Source of the DNA: Spirochaetaceae bacterium
GTDB lineage: Bacteria; Spirochaetota; Spirochaetia; Treponematales; Breznakiellaceae
DNA: 39,405 nt
Direction: 5' to 3'
NCBI GenBank assembly: GCA_031257135.1
Contig: JAIRPH010000161.1
Location: 1-39,405, forward strand
Shown here: one piece after another, positions 7,719 through 16,539 of the stretch
How positions within the stretch are numbered: the stretch's first letter is position 1
How the letters are laid out: the number at the start of each line of letters is the position of its first letter
Position numbers and translations under genes: made by a program
The notes under the pieces: generated by a model
What the model saw: the letters and a program-made list of their open reading frames with translations, nothing else
Told to the model about the DNA's origin: nothing
Database searches by the model: none

Positions 7719-8612
7719 TCAGCAATTCAGCGTATACCCTTCCTGTTCCAAGTCGGCTAAAAAGGTAAGCCGTTCCCGGGGATATTTCGGATCAAGCTGT
7801 ACCGCCTGAGCGTAGTCCTGAAGAGCAGGATCATACTGTTTCAGCAAGTAATAGGCGTCTCCCCGCATCGCAAAGACTTCGATATAGTCGCCTTTGAGCC
7901 TGATCGCTTCAGTATAATCCGCGATAGCGTCGGTATAGCGTTCCTGTTCGGCTCGGACGTTGCCTCGTTCGTAAAAGGCTTCCGGGTAATCCGGTCTCAG
8001 CCGGATTACTTCGCTGTAATCCGCGTAGGCTTTATCGTCTTCTTCGCCTACATAGTAGGCTCTGCCTCGCATCATGAAGGCTTCCGCGTAATCCGGCTTG
8101 ATGCGGATCGCTTCGGTGTAGTCCGCGATAGCCCGGAGAGGATTATCTTTGAAGTATAAAGAATAGGCGAAGCCCCGCATAAAAAAGGCTTCCGCGTAAT
8201 CCGGCTTGATGCGGATCGCTTCGGTATAGTCCGCGATAGCCCGATCATATTCGTCTTGTAAATAATACGACATACCCCGCCGGACAAAGGCTTCCACGTG
8301 ATCAGGTTTTATCTTGATGACCTCGGTATAATCCGCGATAGCCCGATACCCTTCGTCGTTTAAGTAGTAGAGCGTGCCTCGGTTATACAAAGCCTCGATG
8401 TAATCGGGTTTGATGCGGATCGCTTCGGTATAATCCGCGATAGCCGAAGGCTGATTATCGCTAAACGTATACGCTATTGCCCGCATAAAAAAGGCTTCCA
8501 CGTAATCCGGCTTGAGCTGAACAGCTTCGGTATACTCCGAGACTGCCGCGTCATAGGCTCTTTCTTCAAAATAGGCGTCGCCCTGCTTTTTATAAGTTTC
8601 GGCGTCAGTCAC
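7719..8612 (-). CDS. TPR-repeat protein built from near-identical 34-36-aa units (AIADYTEAIRIKPDYxEAF...)
   Basis: 297 aa. GTG start at 8612 preceded by AGGAGG with 6-nt spacing. At least 7 consecutive TPR-like units. Confidence 0.9.
   Translation of the reverse strand: MTDAETYKKQGDAYFEERAYDAAVSEYTEAVQLKPDYVEAFFMRAIAYTFSDNQPSAIADYTEAIRIKPDYIEALYNRGTLYYLNDEGYRAIADYTEVIKIKPDHVEAFVRRGMSYYLQDEYDRAIADYTEAIRIKPDYAEAFFMRGFAYSLYFKDNPLRAIADYTEAIRIKPDYAEAFMMRGRAYYVGEEDDKAYADYSEVIRLRPDYPEAFYERGNVRAEQERYTDAIADYTEAIRLKGDYIEVFAMRGDAYYLLKQYDPALQDYAQAVQLDPKYPRERLTFLADLEQEGYTLNC
8077..8243 (-). repeat. intragenic direct repeat, period 108 bp (57/58 nt identical: 8077-8134 versus 8185-8242)
   Basis: aaggcttccgcgtaatccggcttgatgcggatcgcttcggt[g/a]tagtccgcgatagcccg occurs twice. 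More diverged copies lie along 7880-8530. Confidence 0.85.
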
Positions 8613-8766
8613 TATAAACCTCCTAAGATTATACTATTTCCCGTCATTTTTCTACACCGCACGTTCCAGTTATCTTCAAAAAGAGCTTTTGATTTACCTC
8701 GGTTCCATCGATCTACGATATACTATTGCCGACAATCTGTCAATTAGAAATAATAGCGTCAGAGGC

Positions 8767-8795
8767 TTGCTTATTTAATCAACGGCTGGTATGCT
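8767..8795 (+). promoter_or_regulatory. sigma-70-like promoter, GGCTTGCTT(-35)-17-TATGCT, 7 nt before ATG 8803
   Basis: TTGCTT 8767-8772, TATGCT 8790-8795. Suggests the peptidase starts at the third in-frame ATG (8803) as a leaderless mRNA. Confidence 0.35.
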
Positions 8796-10038
8796 TATGA
8801 ATATGGATTTCAGCGCGGAAGAATTGAGAACCAGACGGAACCGGTTTACGGCGGCTATGAATCGCCGCTGTCCGGATTGGGATACGGCGATACTCATTGA
8901 TTCGGTAAATCAATACTACCTGACTGGTACGATACAAGATGGAATGGCGGTTATCCGCAAAGACTCGGCGGTTCCTGAAGGAAGCCGGTTATACTACGGC
9001 GTGCGGCGGAGTTTCGCCAGAGCCGCGTTGGAGTCGCCGCTCTTCCGGGAGACCGGGAACGTTTCTGAAGAACTCCTGCCTATGGTTTCATACCGGGACA
9101 TGGCGGATAAAATCGGCTCTGATTTGGGCAGAGTGTACCTTGAAGGAGATACTCTGCCGACCGCTGTTTTGGAGCGGCTTAAAAAATATTTTTCTTTTTC
9201 CGGGAGACCGGCTTTTCTGGATGCGGTAATTCGCGGGGTTAGGAGCGTAAAGTCTCCGGCGGAGATTGAGCTTATTCGGCGGTCCGGCGAAGCTCATCGG
9301 CTACTGCTGGAAGAACGAGTTCCGGCAATCCTCCGGGAGGGCATGACGGAAGCCGAATTTGCCGGAGAACTCAGCGCGGAGATGTACCGGCTGGGCTATC
9401 AGGGGCTGACGCGGTTTCATCAAATTCAGGCGGAAATGTCCATCGGGCAGATCGGTTTTGGAACGAATTCGCTCTATCCTTCGCTCTTTGACGGTCCGGG
9501 CGGAGCGAAAGGTCATGGTCCCGCGTCGCCTCTGAGCGCGGACGGAGAACGGCGGCTTAAAAAAGGAGACGCCGTTTTCGCCGATATAGGCTTCGGAGTA
9601 CGAGGCTACCACAGCGATAAAACTCAGGTGTACGTTTTCGGCGCGGAGCCTCCGGAGGCGTTTGCGAAAGCTCATCAGTTCTGCATGGACTTACAGAAAG
9701 CCCTTGCGGAAAGGCTGGTTCCCGGAGCGGTTCCGTCGGAGTTATACCGGGACATCCTAGGCTCTCTCGGCGAAGCGGAACTCGACTGCTTCATGGGCGT
9801 AGATAACCGCCACCGCGTGAAATTTTTGGGACACGGCATTGGACTCGATATTGACGAATTGCCGGTCATAGCCAAAGGCTTTGACGAACCGCTGGAGGAA
9901 AATATTGTTCTTGCCCTAGAACCTAAGAAAGGAGTTCCGGGTATAGGAATGTCCGGCGTGGAAGATACCTATATCGTAACCCCCCGGGGAGGTCTCTGCG
10001 TTACCGGCGGAGGACGCGAGATTATACGGACAACATGA
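8791..10038 (+). CDS. M24-family metallopeptidase (Xaa-Pro aminopeptidase-like)
   Basis: 415 aa. Creatinase-like N-terminus plus pita-bread core with DIGFGVRGYHSD, GHGIGLDIDE, ALEPK, GVEDTYIVT. The true start may be 8803. Confidence 0.85.
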   Translation: MLMNMDFSAEELRTRRNRFTAAMNRRCPDWDTAILIDSVNQYYLTGTIQDGMAVIRKDSAVPEGSRLYYGVRRSFARAALESPLFRETGNVSEELLPMVSYRDMADKIGSDLGRVYLEGDTLPTAVLERLKKYFSFSGRPAFLDAVIRGVRSVKSPAEIELIRRSGEAHRLLLEERVPAILREGMTEAEFAGELSAEMYRLGYQGLTRFHQIQAEMSIGQIGFGTNSLYPSLFDGPGGAKGHGPASPLSADGERRLKKGDAVFADIGFGVRGYHSDKTQVYVFGAEPPEAFAKAHQFCMDLQKALAERLVPGAVPSELYRDILGSLGEAELDCFMGVDNRHRVKFLGHGIGLDIDELPVIAKGFDEPLEENIVLALEPKKGVPGIGMSGVEDTYIVTPRGGLCVTGGGREIIRTT

Positions 10039-10922
10039 ATACCAAAGCCGTCCGAGCGGATATACTGCTTCTTTTAACGGCCTGCATCTGGGGATTCGGT
10101 TTTGTCGCCCAGCGTTCCGGCATGAAATTTGTGGGTCCTTTTACGTTCAACGCCGTCAGGTTTTTATTGGGGAGCATTTCCTTAATTCCTCTCATTATGA
10201 TCAGGCGGAAAACAGGGTCTCAGCCGGCTAAGGCTGGTCCTAGAACCGCGATTTTTTCGTCTTGGACAGCCGGAACCTGTCTTTTTATTGCGGTATCTCT
10301 ACAGCAAATCGGGCTTATGTACACTACCGCCGGGAACGCCGGATTTATTACCGGGCTTTATGTGGCGCTGACCCCGATTTTCGGCATATTTCTAGGGAGA
10401 AAAACCGGACTTCCTACTTGGATCGGGGCGGTATTTACGGTAGGAGGGCTTTTTTTCCTCAGCGCGGCGGGTCATATAGATGCGATTAACCCGGGAGATG
10501 CGGTTACTGCGGCGAGCGCGGTCTTCTGGGCGTTTCATGTACTCATCATTGATCGGATGGTACAGCGGGTTGATCCTATTATACTTTCTTCCGGGCAATT
10601 CGGGTGGTGCAGTATCTATTCTTTTATCGCTGTTTTTTTCAGGGAATCTATTGCCCTTGATTCGGTGAGTAACGCTCTGATTCCCATCCTTTACGGCGGA
10701 CTTGGCTCGGTAGGCGTCGCGTATACCTTACAGGCGGTTGCCCAGCGGGACGCTCCTCCGGCTCATGCTACCATCATACTCTGTTTGGAGGGGGTCTTTG
10801 CGGCGTTGGGAGGGGTCCTTATCCTCTCTGAACCGCTGGGCCCTTGGACGCTACTCGGCTTCGCCTGTATGCTCTGCGGCATGATAATAACTCAATGGGA
10901 CGTCATCCGCTCAGAAAAGTAA
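10035..10922 (+). CDS. DMT-superfamily transporter (EamA family), about 10 TM segments
   Basis: 295 aa, highly hydrophobic, two EamA-like halves. The start overlaps the peptidase stop (ATGA). Confidence 0.85.
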   Translation: MNTKAVRADILLLLTACIWGFGFVAQRSGMKFVGPFTFNAVRFLLGSISLIPLIMIRRKTGSQPAKAGPRTAIFSSWTAGTCLFIAVSLQQIGLMYTTAGNAGFITGLYVALTPIFGIFLGRKTGLPTWIGAVFTVGGLFFLSAAGHIDAINPGDAVTAASAVFWAFHVLIIDRMVQRVDPIILSSGQFGWCSIYSFIAVFFRESIALDSVSNALIPILYGGLGSVGVAYTLQAVAQRDAPPAHATIILCLEGVFAALGGVLILSEPLGPWTLLGFACMLCGMIITQWDVIRSEK

Positions 10923-10961
10923 GCCTCTGGATTTACGCCGGCGTGGACAGCCTTCAAGGTT

Positions 10962-11034
<73 letters not shown>

Positions 11035-11046
11035 GGTACTTTCTAA

Positions 11047-11074
11047 AGTATACTGATTAGGAAAAAAAGATCAA
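11047..11074 (-). promoter_or_regulatory. sigma-70-like promoter of tRNA-Thr, TTGATC-16-TATACT
   Basis: Minus strand: TTGATC at 11074-11069, TATACT at 11052-11047, about 12 nt before the tRNA 5' end. Confidence 0.5.
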
Positions 11075-11132
11075 GTCCTCCCGTTGCCTCAATGAAATAA
11101 GATCGGAATATTCTCCGCCGCATCCGGCATCG

Positions 11133-11161
11133 TTGACAAGATATACCGGGGGACATATACT
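11133..11161 (+). promoter_or_regulatory. consensus-like promoter TTGACA-17-TATACT, 6 nt before ATG 11168 (leaderless geometry)
   Basis: TTGACA 11133-11138, TATACT 11156-11161, ATG 11168. No room for an SD. Confidence 0.55.
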
Positions 11162-11167
11162 GTCCCC

Positions 11168-12667
11168 ATGTTTGAAAAAAAACATATCAGTATAATAGAA
11201 GAAACCCTCCCGGAAGATGAGGTTCATTTTAAGCCCCTGTTCGGACTCAGACCCGGAGTGTATCTCGCGGGGCTGTACGGAACGGTTCTGGCGGTTATCC
11301 TTTTTTTCGTATTGCTCTACCCCGGACTGACCAAGCCGGGTACGGTGTTCAGCCTTAGCTCCGAGCCTTCTGGCGCGGCGGTCCGGGCGGATAACGTGTA
11401 TATTGGAACTACGCCTTGCGAGGCGTTTATCCCGAAGGGAACCCGCCGGATTGAGATGGTCCTTCCCGGATTTGAACCTTCCCGGCAGGAACTGGAAGTC
11501 AAGAGCCGGCTTTTCGGGTCTTGGCTGTTTCCCCGGCGGGAACGGCTTGCGGAAACCCTCGCGGAAACTGATACCGGCGGGGCGTTGCTTGCGGCGGCTT
11601 CTGAGTACGGCGTGTGGTCATTCACCGGCGAGCCTACCGTGACCCGGCAGATTCCTCAGGTCCTCTCTGAAGGCGCGTATCGCTCAGGTCCGGGGGCGGC
11701 GGATTCAACTGGGCGGATATACCTCGAAGGCATCCTGAAAGGGTCGGCGCGGTTTACCTCGACCAGAGCCGGACTGCGGGACCTCATTCGGGCGAAGCAT
11801 CTGGCGGATAACGCGGGACTCTCGCCTTCCCCGGCGAGTACCCTTCATTCTTTGGAAGATATGCTGGTCTATCTTTCGGAAGCTCCGGGCGCGGCTCAGT
11901 GGCTTGGGTCGGCGCTTCCCCCTGAGACTTCGGCGGTTTTGACGAATTCCTCCTGGTACGCGGCGCAAAACGCGAAGGCTTCGGAAATCCGAAGCCGAAG
12001 CCGGTCGGTTTCCGGGGTTTTCGGCGAGGCTGTGCCGGTTGATTCTCTGATTTTTCGGGAAATTTCCGAAGGAACGCTTGTACAAGGCGGCGTTTTTCCC
12101 CGGGAAGTTCCGATATCCGCGTTCAGCATCGCTGAAACGCCGGTTTCCTACGCGGATTGGGAAGTTTTTATGAAAGCTAATCCTGAATGGGAGATTGAGC
12201 ATACCCGGACATTGACAGCTAAGGGTTTAGTTACCGCGGATTATCTTGGTCCGGGGGGTTATTCGGGGTCTTCGGCATCCGGGGTATCGTGGTACGGAGC
12301 GGAAGCCTATTGCCATTGGCTTACGTCTCGGCTTCCCGCAGGCATGGCGGATTATGAGGTCCGGCTTCCAACTGAAGCGGAATGGGAATACGCCGCAAAA
12401 GTCGCTGACCAGAGCGGCTCCGGTCCGAAAGGCATGGGCGAGGGGCTATGGGAATGGTGCGCTGATCCCTATGCGCCTCATTGGTCTTTGCCGGCGGACC
12501 CGGCGGTTATCGCCGCGATAGGCTCGCCTGAACGGTCGGTTCGGGGAGGCTTGTCCGGCAAAGACTCAGGCTGGGATTTTTTGGAAACCAGAGGCTCTCT
12601 CTTTCCCGCGGCGTGTTCTCCTTTCGGCGTGTTTCGTCCGGTTTTGGCGAAAAAGGTTTCTCGGTAG
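11168..12667 (+). CDS. membrane-anchored PEGA-domain / formylglycine-generating-enzyme (SUMF1/FGE-sulfatase) family protein
   Basis: 499 aa. N-terminal TM (VYLAGLYGTVLAVILFFVLLY), PEGA-like SSEPSGAAVRADNVYIGTTPC, C-terminal FGE motifs GVSWYGAEAYCHWL, LPTEAEWEYAA, WEWCAD. Confidence 0.8.
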   Translation: MFEKKHISIIEETLPEDEVHFKPLFGLRPGVYLAGLYGTVLAVILFFVLLYPGLTKPGTVFSLSSEPSGAAVRADNVYIGTTPCEAFIPKGTRRIEMVLPGFEPSRQELEVKSRLFGSWLFPRRERLAETLAETDTGGALLAAASEYGVWSFTGEPTVTRQIPQVLSEGAYRSGPGAADSTGRIYLEGILKGSARFTSTRAGLRDLIRAKHLADNAGLSPSPASTLHSLEDMLVYLSEAPGAAQWLGSALPPETSAVLTNSSWYAAQNAKASEIRSRSRSVSGVFGEAVPVDSLIFREISEGTLVQGGVFPREVPISAFSIAETPVSYADWEVFMKANPEWEIEHTRTLTAKGLVTADYLGPGGYSGSSASGVSWYGAEAYCHWLTSRLPAGMADYEVRLPTEAEWEYAAKVADQSGSGPKGMGEGLWEWCADPYAPHWSLPADPAVIAAIGSPERSVRGGLSGKDSGWDFLETRGSLFPAACSPFGVFRPVLAKKVSR

Positions 12668-12675
12668 TTTTTCTT

Positions 12676-14589
12676 CTACCGTAACAGCGTTCCGTCCTGA
12701 TAGTCATGCCATACCCGTTCAAACCAAGTATCTGAAGCGGGAATAGGACGAACCTCGCGAACAGCGGTATGGACACTGCTGTCGCGGTATCGAGAGAGAA
12801 TAACCGTATTTCTAAAGGAAGCATCGATTTCTGCGTCTGTTTCAAGCGGAGCCGACGCAGAAATGCTGTCGAGAATCATGTAAGAGCCTCTGCTTTTCCC
12901 GCCATGAGTAATATAATAGAGAACCGCTTCATACATGAGACGGCTTAGAAGCAGTGTTTCTTTCGCCTTGAAGAGATTCCGCAAATCCGTTTCCGGCTTG
13001 ATCGGCGTCTTACTAAGCCGATCAAGTTCCGCGATACCTTTTTCGATGTTTTCTCTGGTTCTGAGAAAGGTTATAGAAGCGGAATTGAGGCTTTGAATCT
13101 GATGCAGTAAATCCGATGCGGTTATTCCGCCGGCTTCAGGTTGGACGAACTCTTGAGCAAAGGCTTCGATAGTTTTTCTGGCTTGGGACATAAGGTTTTC
13201 AATATTCTCGAAAGAGGGTTCTTTTTCTTTCAGATAACGTCCCGCAATATAAGCCGCCGCCCGCAGTCCGCCGACTTGCCCGGAGTTCAGCGCGCTACCT
13301 CCCGGACGCTTGACTCCGTGAGTTCCGGCGCATTCGCCGACGGCAAAGAGATGCGGCATCGACGTTTCCCACCAGATGTTAATCCCAACGCCGCCGTTGT
13401 GATGTTGCGGTAGCACATCAATCTCGATATACTCTTTCGCAAGGTCGATGCCGCGATCTTTATACAGCCGGTACGCTCCGGGATTAAGCTGTAAAAGCCG
13501 GTCGATAGGCTTCGTACCGAGGGCGTTTGAGTTGGCAAGATACGCGTACGCGGTAGGATTTATCTTCGAGAGATCAAAGGTCTGCTCCAAAGGATTACGC
13601 ATGAAGTCGAGATAGATACGCTTTCCTTTAAGATGTTTCTCGATATAAACCGCTCGGTCGATGAGGGAAGAACCTTCGCCGCGGATATGCTCAGGATTAA
13701 AAGGCCATTGATAACCTTTCAAAAATGTTGCGGTAATGAGTTTATCAGAACTTGAAAAATATCGGCATAAAAATTCTTCTTCAACGCCGTTATCTACGGC
13801 GACATACCGGGGAATTACTTGCTGATAACTGCCGGAAAGATTCCATCTGAACCCTATTGAACCTATGCCATATTGCCACTCGGCGATGTTGGCGAACTCG
13901 ACGCCTTCCCGCGCAAGCGCGCCGGATGCGCCGAAATGCCCCAGAGGATACACCGTATCTCGATATAATCCGGCAGGACCGCCGACCGCGAAAATGATAT
14001 TCCGGGCAAAGTATACCGTAAAATTACCTGTTTCGTCTAGGCACAGCATCCCATAAACCCGTCCTGCATCTGACAACAGTTTTACTACCTGAGTCTTGTC
14101 AATGATGCGAATATTTCTGCGTACCGCTTCGGCTTCAAGACACTCGGTCATATCTTTTGACGTATACGGTCCGGCAGAAGAAGCGCGCTGTAACGGATCG
14201 TGATCGGTTTTATAGCCCGGAAACTCGCCGAACCGGTTATGCGGAAAACCTACGCCTAAAGAGACGAGATGAAAGAATTCCTGTAGCGAATGAGCGGCTT
14301 CGCAGAGGGCAATATCGCCGTCCATAGAGCCTCCGGCAAAGAGCGTTTCCGCCATAAGCCGAGGAGCGTCCCGGTCTTCTCCGGCGCAGGAAACTTTATA
14401 GTAGGTCTGCTTATCTGAACCGGTATTTCGAGAAGTTCCGCCGAACCGGTTCTCTGTCAGGACGGCGAAGTTCCGCACTCCGTTACTGTGCAGATGTACC
14501 GCCGCATTGTATCCCGCCGCGCCGGTTCCCACAATGAGAACGTCAAATACCGCTTTATACGGTTCTATCTGTTTTCCCAAAAACTCCAT
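12676..14589 (-). CDS. FAD-binding oxidoreductase, fumarate reductase / succinate dehydrogenase flavoprotein-like
   Basis: 637 aa. N-terminal DVLIVGTGAAGYNAA dinucleotide fold. C-proximal LFAVGECAGTHGVKRPGGSALNSGQVGG, typical of the FRD/SDH/L-aspartate oxidase family. Confidence 0.8.
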   Translation of the reverse strand: MEFLGKQIEPYKAVFDVLIVGTGAAGYNAAVHLHSNGVRNFAVLTENRFGGTSRNTGSDKQTYYKVSCAGEDRDAPRLMAETLFAGGSMDGDIALCEAAHSLQEFFHLVSLGVGFPHNRFGEFPGYKTDHDPLQRASSAGPYTSKDMTECLEAEAVRRNIRIIDKTQVVKLLSDAGRVYGMLCLDETGNFTVYFARNIIFAVGGPAGLYRDTVYPLGHFGASGALAREGVEFANIAEWQYGIGSIGFRWNLSGSYQQVIPRYVAVDNGVEEEFLCRYFSSSDKLITATFLKGYQWPFNPEHIRGEGSSLIDRAVYIEKHLKGKRIYLDFMRNPLEQTFDLSKINPTAYAYLANSNALGTKPIDRLLQLNPGAYRLYKDRGIDLAKEYIEIDVLPQHHNGGVGINIWWETSMPHLFAVGECAGTHGVKRPGGSALNSGQVGGLRAAAYIAGRYLKEKEPSFENIENLMSQARKTIEAFAQEFVQPEAGGITASDLLHQIQSLNSASITFLRTRENIEKGIAELDRLSKTPIKPETDLRNLFKAKETLLLSRLMYEAVLYYITHGGKSRGSYMILDSISASAPLETDAEIDASFRNTVILSRYRDSSVHTAVREVRPIPASDTWFERVWHDYQDGTLLR

Positions 14590-14594
14590 GGCAT

Positions 14595-15761
14595 CTACCT
14601 ATTATTGAGTTGTTTCAAGACTGCTTTGTAATACTCGTTATAGACAACGCATCCATCATTGAGCTGAGACGCCATCAGTTTTGTACACCCGGAACAAAGA
14701 ATACACCAGTTGATTTTTTCCATGTCTCCTGCGGCGAGTTTACGGGGCGTAAGCGGGTCTGCAAAGGTTTGTCTTCCGAATCCGCAGAAATCCGCGTATC
14801 CTTTGACGATCATTTCCGCCATAATTTGCGGAGCCTTATCTTTATGCGCGCTGTATGCGGAACCGATAACCCGAAGCCGCCGGTTTTCCTGCTGAAGCAT
14901 CTGTTTTACTGTTCGGGTATAGCGCAGATGATGAAGAGCAAGATACTTTGAAGGTTCAGTCGGACGAGTAATAGCGCCGGTAAGCGCGGGAATCCCCGCG
15001 CTTACGTTGACATAATCCATACCCAGCGCGTCCATCATCCGGATCACATCGAGCATTTCGGAAATATCTTCTACAATCTCATCCGCGCCGGAAGTGCCGC
15101 AACCTCCGCGGATGCCTTCATAAAGGGAAAGCCGGGAGCCTAAGATAAAATCCCGTTTCAGCCGGTTTTTGATTTCTGTCACCGCTTCCCGGAGCAGTCT
15201 CGTGCGGTTTTCAAAAGAGCCACCCCATTTGTCGGGACGAGTATTGCGGGGACGCAGAATTTCTCCGCCCAGATAGCCGTGACACATCTTGAAATCAATG
15301 CCGTCCGCGCCGGCGGATTCAGCCAGCAGAGCGGCTTTAATGAAGCCGTCTTTTACTTGTTCCAGTTCGCCGCTGGAAAGATACCGGCATCCTTCGGTAT
15401 TCGGCGTTACCGTAGTCCTGTCCGAAAACGAACCGCTTTGCTCTCCTGAATGGGTAAGCTGAAACAGCAAAATTCCTTGAGGATTTTCGGTTTTGAAGGC
15501 TTCTACAAGCCGCTTAAACGGGTCGAGGTTTTTCTCATTGAGGATCAAACCGTTGACCCGCGCGAGAGAACGTTCTGTTATGGAAACCGCCTCAACCACC
15601 GCAACGCCCCAATGTCCGCGGGCTAGTTCCCGATAGCGGTTTATCGTCCGTTCAGAAGGACTGCCGCCAGCTTCGCTGTCGTTTCCCTCCATAGCCTGCG
15701 CGACGAAATGATTCGCGCTCTGTTTTTGTATCTTAACGGTCTCAAACAAATTATGATACAT
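14595..15761 (-). CDS. NADH:flavin oxidoreductase (Old Yellow Enzyme TIM-barrel family) with a C-terminal CxxCxxC...C iron-sulfur-type motif
   Basis: 388 aa, OYE-like barrel (LFQLTHSG, DGIDFKMCHGYL). C-terminus reads WCILCSGCTKLMASQLNDGC. GAGGAG lies before the ATG. Confidence 0.8.
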   Translation of the reverse strand: MYHNLFETVKIQKQSANHFVAQAMEGNDSEAGGSPSERTINRYRELARGHWGVAVVEAVSITERSLARVNGLILNEKNLDPFKRLVEAFKTENPQGILLFQLTHSGEQSGSFSDRTTVTPNTEGCRYLSSGELEQVKDGFIKAALLAESAGADGIDFKMCHGYLGGEILRPRNTRPDKWGGSFENRTRLLREAVTEIKNRLKRDFILGSRLSLYEGIRGGCGTSGADEIVEDISEMLDVIRMMDALGMDYVNVSAGIPALTGAITRPTEPSKYLALHHLRYTRTVKQMLQQENRRLRVIGSAYSAHKDKAPQIMAEMIVKGYADFCGFGRQTFADPLTPRKLAAGDMEKINWCILCSGCTKLMASQLNDGCVVYNEYYKAVLKQLNNR

Positions 15762-15770
15762 AATCTCCTC

Positions 15771-16523
15771 TTACAAACGCTGGATGTGAAATCCGCCGTC
15801 CACATCAATATAATTACCTGTAGTATACAGCAACGTATCTCCCGCAAGCATGACCGCCGCTTCCGCTACATCCTCCGGCTTACCCCAACGGGGAATTGGA
15901 AACGCTCCGTTTTCGATTAAGGCGTCATATTTTTCCCGCACGGTTTCGGTCATATCCGTAGCGATAACGCCGGGACGGATTTCATGGACAAAGATACGCT
16001 CCCGCGCGAGCCTGTCGGCGTATAACAAGGTCAGCATTGCAATTCCCGCTTTGGAAACGCAATACTCTCCCCGGTTGACCGAAGAAACTACGGCTGAACA
16101 GGAAGAAATATTGATGATAGTTCCCCGTTTTTTTCCGGCAGGCTCTTGTTTCAGCATCTGCCGGGCGACAAGCTGAGTCAGAAACATATTCGCTTTTGTG
16201 TTGACGCTCATCACATAATCGAAACTTTCCTCGGTCATGTCCAAAAGGTCTGTTCTGGTTTTCGGCGCGACCCCGGCGTTGTTCACCAGTACATGAATCG
16301 CTCCGAACCGGTTTAAGGCTTCCCGGACAAGCCGTTCCCGATCCTGAGACGCAGATACGTCGCCTTTGACGTAGAGATACTCGCCGCCGATATCGCTGAA
16401 ATCGTCTCCTGCCGGATCGCTAGAGCCGTTAATGACGAGGTTAAAACCTGCCGACCCAAGCCGCGCCGCTATCGCTCTGCCGATGCCCCGGCGTCCTCCG
16501 GTTACTATCGCTGTTTTTTTCAT
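15771..16523 (-). CDS. short-chain dehydrogenase/reductase (SDR, 3-oxoacyl-ACP reductase-like)
   Basis: TGGRRGIGRAIA cofactor motif, NNAG, catalytic YCVSK. Start set to ATG 16523 (MKKTAIVTGG) behind AGGAGG; the ORF track extends to 16565. Confidence 0.9.
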   Translation of the reverse strand: MKKTAIVTGGRRGIGRAIAARLGSAGFNLVINGSSDPAGDDFSDIGGEYLYVKGDVSASQDRERLVREALNRFGAIHVLVNNAGVAPKTRTDLLDMTEESFDYVMSVNTKANMFLTQLVARQMLKQEPAGKKRGTIINISSCSAVVSSVNRGEYCVSKAGIAMLTLLYADRLARERIFVHEIRPGVIATDMTETVREKYDALIENGAFPIPRWGKPEDVAEAAVMLAGDTLLYTTGNYIDVDGGFHIQRL

Positions 16524-16539
16524 GGTATTCCTCCTTATG

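Noticed and set aside
11705-12202. 165-aa ORF antisense to the PEGA/FGE gene, and similar short antisense or alternate-frame ORFs on the track (for example 98-367, 945-1349, 37188-37688, 38007-38372)
   Set aside because: All are nested in longer ORFs that carry identifiable domain motifs, and none has independent support.
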